IMG/VR virus record: IMGVR_UViG_3300027852_000024
Strand: one strand, 5' to 3'
From: a virus
Length of the DNA stretch: 40,168 bases
Shown: one piece after another, positions 39,429 through 40,168 of the stretch
Position numbering within the stretch: the stretch's first letter is position 1
Layout of the letters: each line of letters opens with the position of its first letter
Translations under genes and position numbers: made by a program
The notes under the pieces: model-generated
Databases searched by the model: none
Seen by the model: only the letters and a program-made list of their open reading frames with translations
What the model was told of the DNA's origin: nothing

Positions 39429-39452
39429 GAATGTTCTATTTATAGAACATTC
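39429..39452. promoter_or_regulatory. PAL-B palindrome GAATGTTCTATTTATAGAACATTC (11-bp perfect arms)
   Basis: Centred about 35 bp upstream of the -35 box of promoter 39378-39406. Confidence 0.8.
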
Positions 39453-39461
39453 CCGTAAAGT

Positions 39462-40168
39462 TTAAACAGCGAGCTGAATATCCTCGTCAAGATTATTAAG
39501 GTGCGCTATTGTTGTTGTCAAATGTTTTTCAATAGCCGCAAGTTGTTCAACATTGAACCGGCCCGTATTGTACTTTGTCTTGACCATGTTGCAGATAAAA
39601 CCGATTTGTTCGGCCACTTCACTTGCTGTCAGTTCATCCGGTTTAACGATGTTGTCAAAGCCTCCTTTGTTAGGTCTTAAATTATCTCCTGTCCAGTCGA
39701 GTTCGTCGAGTTCGTCGAGTTCGTCGAGTTCGTCGAGTTCGTCGAGTTCGTCGAGTTCGTCGTCGTCTAAATCACCACGCAAGAACATATCAGTAAGTTC
39801 CTTGACGCTTGTCTCTTTAATTTCGGGCACTACGGGTGTAGGCGCAAGCTTTGGCGTTTCGGTCTTTAGCTTTGGCCTGGCCCCAACACCGTCCTTTTTA
39901 CTTAGCTCTTTTTCAATCTGTTCACATGCTAAACAGTCTTCTTTTAAAGCTTTGGCCCATTTGTTAACCAAGTAAGTTGGATTGCCTGATTTAATAGAGT
40001 ACTCTGCAACAAACGCCTTGATGTGCTCAAAGTTCTTATCAAGTTTTCTATACTCTGACCTCTCAATCCTGTTCAGTCCCGGAAAATGCTCTTTAACCAT
40101 TGCAGTCAAATCCTGCTTTTTCAGTTCGAGATCAGCACCTTTTCTATAGAGCAAGTTCAGAGCAAACC
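39462..40168 (-). CDS. C-terminal part of the junction-spanning acidic repeat protein (continues from 1-326)
   Basis: ORF is open to the right window edge; contains (Asp-Glu-Leu)x7; see feature 1..326. Confidence 0.7.
   Translation of the reverse strand, partial: FALNLLYRKGADLELKKQDLTAMVKEHFPGLNRIERSEYRKLDKNFEHIKAFVAEYSIKSGNPTYLVNKWAKALKEDCLACEQIEKELSKKDGVGARPKLKTETPKLAPTPVVPEIKETSVKELTDMFLRGDLDDDELDELDELDELDELDELDELDWTGDNLRPNKGGFDNIVKPDELTASEVAEQIGFICNMVKTKYNTGRFNVEQLAAIEKHLTTTIAHLNNLDEDIQLAV
39697..39759 (-). repeat. 9-bp tandem repeat TCGAGTTCG x7 encoding (DEL)x7
   Basis: Counted directly. Confidence 0.9.

Noticed and set aside
1-40168. Lysogeny or mobile-element functions (integrase, excisionase, CI-type repressor, transposase, att sites)
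   Set aside because: No ORF has recognisable integrase or transposase motifs or an appropriate size and position. The genome reads as a strictly lytic, two-arm organisation.

Overview
This window is a complete, circularly closed dsDNA phage genome. Bases 1-127 are identical to 40042-40168, so the unit length is 40,041 bp. Gene order is podovirus-like, with no tape-measure, sheath or tail-tube genes. The plus strand (3349-25746) carries the late operon: candidate small terminase, large terminase, portal, scaffold, major capsid, decoration-like protein, tubular A/B-like proteins, a GNAT, three internal-virion (ejection) proteins including a 1388-aa lysozyme fusion, fibre, a Gly-rich protein and small accessory genes. 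The minus strand (25794-40041, continuing into 1-1214) carries the early and replication arm: a hexapeptide-repeat protein, an acidic repeat protein spanning the circular junction, small envelope proteins, a ParB-like protein, a Cas4-like PD-(D/E)XK nuclease, a DUF2815-type SSB, family A DNA polymerase, VRR-NUC, an SNF2 helicase, a primase/helicase and an ATP-dependent ligase. The arms converge on a bidirectional terminator (25757-25792). They diverge from a 2.1-kb ORF-free, repeat-packed control region (1215-3348). I saw no integrase, RNA polymerase, reverse transcriptase, tRNA, rRNA or CRISPR array. The most striking signal is a 20-bp dyad, GATTGCCAC-YR-GTGGCAATC, present about 23 times around the genome. 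It usually sits between a stop codon and the next ribosome-binding site, shows co-varying arm changes, and has five copies inside genes in one fixed reading phase. Other notable signals are a second AT-rich palindrome family in the early region, a 17-bp iteron-like motif fused to the dyad in the control region, and twin consensus sigma70-type promoters with a palindromic spacer. Functional calls rest on motifs I recognise by eye, gene size and synteny. No database search was run.
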